Shown here: positions 15,001-15,984 of the stretch, in pieces
Layout of the letters: the number at the start of each line of letters is the position of its first letter
How positions within the stretch are numbered: the first letter of the stretch is position 1
Source of the DNA: Geobacter sp. UBA6802
Lineage (GTDB): Bacteria; Desulfobacterota; Desulfuromonadia; Geobacterales; Pseudopelobacteraceae
NCBI GenBank assembly: GCA_002452325.1
Contig: DKFG01000025.1
Span: forward strand, 9,056-25,039
Direction: 5' to 3'
Length of the DNA stretch: 15,984 bases
Position numbers and translations under genes: made by a program
Notes under the pieces: model-generated
Seen by the model: the letters and a program-made list of their open reading frames with translations, nothing else
The model's database searches: none
What the model was told of the DNA's origin: nothing

Positions 15001-15789
15001 GATGCTATCGATCTAGGGAATATCTTCAAGGCTGCGGACCGGACGGAGTTCGCCAATGTCTATGCCGTAACCTATACCGATGAGCAGGTAACAAGAGAGA
15101 CCATCAAAGAGCTGAAGAGCTTGCTCAAGAACGCTAGGGTTGACGACACCTTTGTCCTCTTCATCGCCGGTCATGGTGTGCATGATACCGATGAAGCATC
15201 CATCTACTATTACATCACCTACGACACCAGGCTGGACGATCTGAAGTCCACGGCGGCATCATTTGAACTTATCGAAGACACCTTGCAGCAGATTGCGCCA
15301 CGGAAAAAGCTGTTTTTAATGGATACCTGTGAGTCCGGGGAGCTCGATACCGTTGAAAACAACGCTCTGTTTGCATCTGCCGACAGACAGAAAATCAGAG
15401 CCCGTTCCTTGAAGGTAAAGAAAAAAAAATATGCGAGTACAAGCTTTACCAGTCATAGTCGCAAGTACCTGCTGGATAAGGACCGTTATATATATAATAA
15501 TGTTGCCAGAAGGTCGGGTGCCATAGTCTTTTCCAGTTCACGGGGCGGGGAATTTTCCTACGAGCCGATCTACTTTAATAAGAATGAAAACGGTTATTTC
15601 ACAAAAGAATTAATTGCGGCACTACAGAGTGGAACTAGCAACATAAAACAAAAATCCCTGTCTATTCGTTATATTAAGGAAATCGTAACCAGGAAGGTAT
15701 CGGAACGGACGAAAGGACTACAGAATCCAACCATTGATAGGGATAATCTCTACCAGTCCGTTACTCTGCCTACAGTCGGTAAAAAATAA
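12022..15789 (+). CDS. Membrane/lipid-anchored WD40-like beta-propeller + caspase-fold (peptidase C14, orthocaspase-like) protein
   Basis: The ATG at 12022 abuts the anti-sigma stop (TAAATG), with AAGGTG 7 nt upstream. A hydrophobic segment with a lipobox, LVFFLSFFFITVLSGC (Cys77), follows an unusually long 60-aa N-terminal region; starts at Met25 or Met27 are possible. WD40-like units include ASVAISPNGRYYASTSIDNQINIWS, GYSDGYVGVWATDGKLL..FKAHIGNISHVSIEP and LVAGLTDGTIRIIN. The C14 domain runs from about D969 (nt 14926) and has the dyad FIAGH(1051)G at nt 15172-15174 and MDTC(1103)ESG at nt 15328-15330. Confidence 0.9.
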   Translation: MMSDKHAHLDSNTSRWAIIAPAAIMRMDASVQKLLRFNKALNILFAIIRQDQVGGIIPKQSLVFFLSFFFITVLSGCAIRPVNSWQAGFSTIQENNSSASSGQLVVQVPHASNIASVAISPNGRYYASTSIDNQINIWSADAVIVKSYKDRDNLEDGIYYKLVFSSNSRYLTCVSPYRITIFDLETGSIRRMNLFNSKKNDNGNFYSGFVELSPDGNLGIALVSEKTMNSKLVLFRVDKDEVTDLLEFKRKVQRFGTFSQDGKYIVMPSGYDYTKGYIYTISTGEMKSIGIDDDMWIQHADIYGNNVIFTSKQENVYVYSLDGKLQKKIQLQDYFHSIEAIHLIKNTLVVGLEGNVEFVDIEAGRTVGSINGFLADVDKYSGTILVSHDSKMKRGTLSNGQNYEYQLGRINIDSLTEEASLSDDVIYSKIISNMIFATKADKSLHVWDINGKFINSITGVNYIEYRNNQNWTPFGYITGNNAVLAGTKETLSLIDTKSSAVLESFNLPQVSSVDASADFKLVVGGYSDGYVGVWATDGKLLQRFKAHIGNISHVSIEPNSSRILTVGDGVFKLWSVGGRLLTNGNCNDYKATAGKFTGKGSHYIIACGKKDVFSGSYESLRFRHHDSKLYLYDNVDSVGKEMNAVFPRIEDRGLVTNIYVDDRNGNIITTHDTTHYSRHYTNEKWEDFTNFENYIIWTAEGKFLKFANKRDRIFDKTLLPAEVLMNVNGPFKNIIEIAKDYESISKAGDFDTIKQVRISKDRKYLVAGLTDGTIRIINTKNQNMIFLLSRGNKWVMYSADGIYDSSIDGGDLLKIRKGAAVFSIDQFAVAKNRPDILLQRMELGTTEQIQHYRRLAQARASKFVAGGQGYTSIPASSIVQARQRGKKAQLELNFKGYNSPLKAYNIFINDVPLYGSQGKDISGFEAQISVEVELTSGKNKIEVSCVNGFGVESYRSLQYLNYDKPVKGDLYYVGLGVSKYKETAINQLLYAHKDAIDLGNIFKAADRTEFANVYAVTYTDEQVTRETIKELKSLLKNARVDDTFVLFIAGHGVHDTDEASIYYYITYDTRLDDLKSTAASFELIEDTLQQIAPRKKLFLMDTCESGELDTVENNALFASADRQKIRARSLKVKKKKYASTSFTSHSRKYLLDKDRYIYNNVARRSGAIVFSSSRGGEFSYEPIYFNKNENGYFTKELIAALQSGTSNIKQKSLSIRYIKEIVTRKVSERTKGLQNPTIDRDNLYQSVTLPTVGKK

Positions 15790-15984
15790 GGGGCTGTCCT
15801 AGATAACTGAATTTGGTCTAGGATAGCTTATGCGTAAAAGTCGCCTTAGCAGGCCGTTGAAAATCGACTCGATTTGAGTCCATTCCATCCAACCGGCTGA
15901 TTTTTTGTTCATTTTGTTGTTTCTGATGAAAAGCAGTATCAGATTGCGAATAGTTAAAAGCGGCTCTTCGTCGAAATGAGTGGG

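Noticed and set aside
15796-15912. A weak hairpin (tcctaga-N13-tctagga, 15797-15823) and a 37-codon minus-strand ORF (15799-15912, MNKKSAGWMEWTQIESIFNGLLRRLL...). The ORF is faintly reminiscent of the N-terminus of IS5-family (DUF772) transposases.
   Set aside because: The stem is only 7 bp with a large loop and no T-tract. The ORF is too short and the resemblance too vague to call an IS remnant. No terminal inverted repeats or DDE region are visible before the window ends.

Overview
This is a 16-kb chromosomal-looking segment. Its backbone is GC-rich (hand count: 35 of 60 G+C at 6301-6360) and is interrupted by three clearly AT-rich genes for exported proteins (14 of 60 at 4021-4080, 12 of 60 at 5581-5640, 25 of 60 at 13021-13080).

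Gene order, left to right:
- the 3' part of a WG-repeat exported protein;
- an MNT/HEPN toxin-antitoxin pair bracketed by two ~90% identical terminator hairpins;
- a 615-aa protein with a PcfJ-like C-terminus;
- an AT-rich orphan secreted protein;
- an AT-rich LamG-lectin exported protein bracketed by a ~90-bp direct duplication (terminator plus the last 16 codons of the neighbouring gene);
- a minus-strand operon for a 1053-aa exported ankyrin + PQQ-propeller protein and a CsgG-like/TPR lipoprotein;
- divergent from that operon, a sigma-70-family (ECF-like) factor, an HxxxCxxC single-pass anti-sigma factor, and a 1255-aa membrane/lipid-anchored WD40-propeller + caspase (peptidase C14) protein whose start abuts the anti-sigma stop (TAAATG).

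Most interesting observations:
1. The sigma / anti-sigma / envelope-caspase cassette with its repeat-protein partners.
2. A strand-matched 10-11-mer, TGTCCGTCTA(A), sitting 22-43 nt upstream of four different start codons. It may mark a shared regulon.
3. Two gene cassettes flanked by directly repeated terminator hairpins.
4. A linker shared by two otherwise unrelated exported proteins.

I saw no rRNA, tRNA, CRISPR array, intact IS or integrase. All family assignments come from motifs read by eye; no searches were run.
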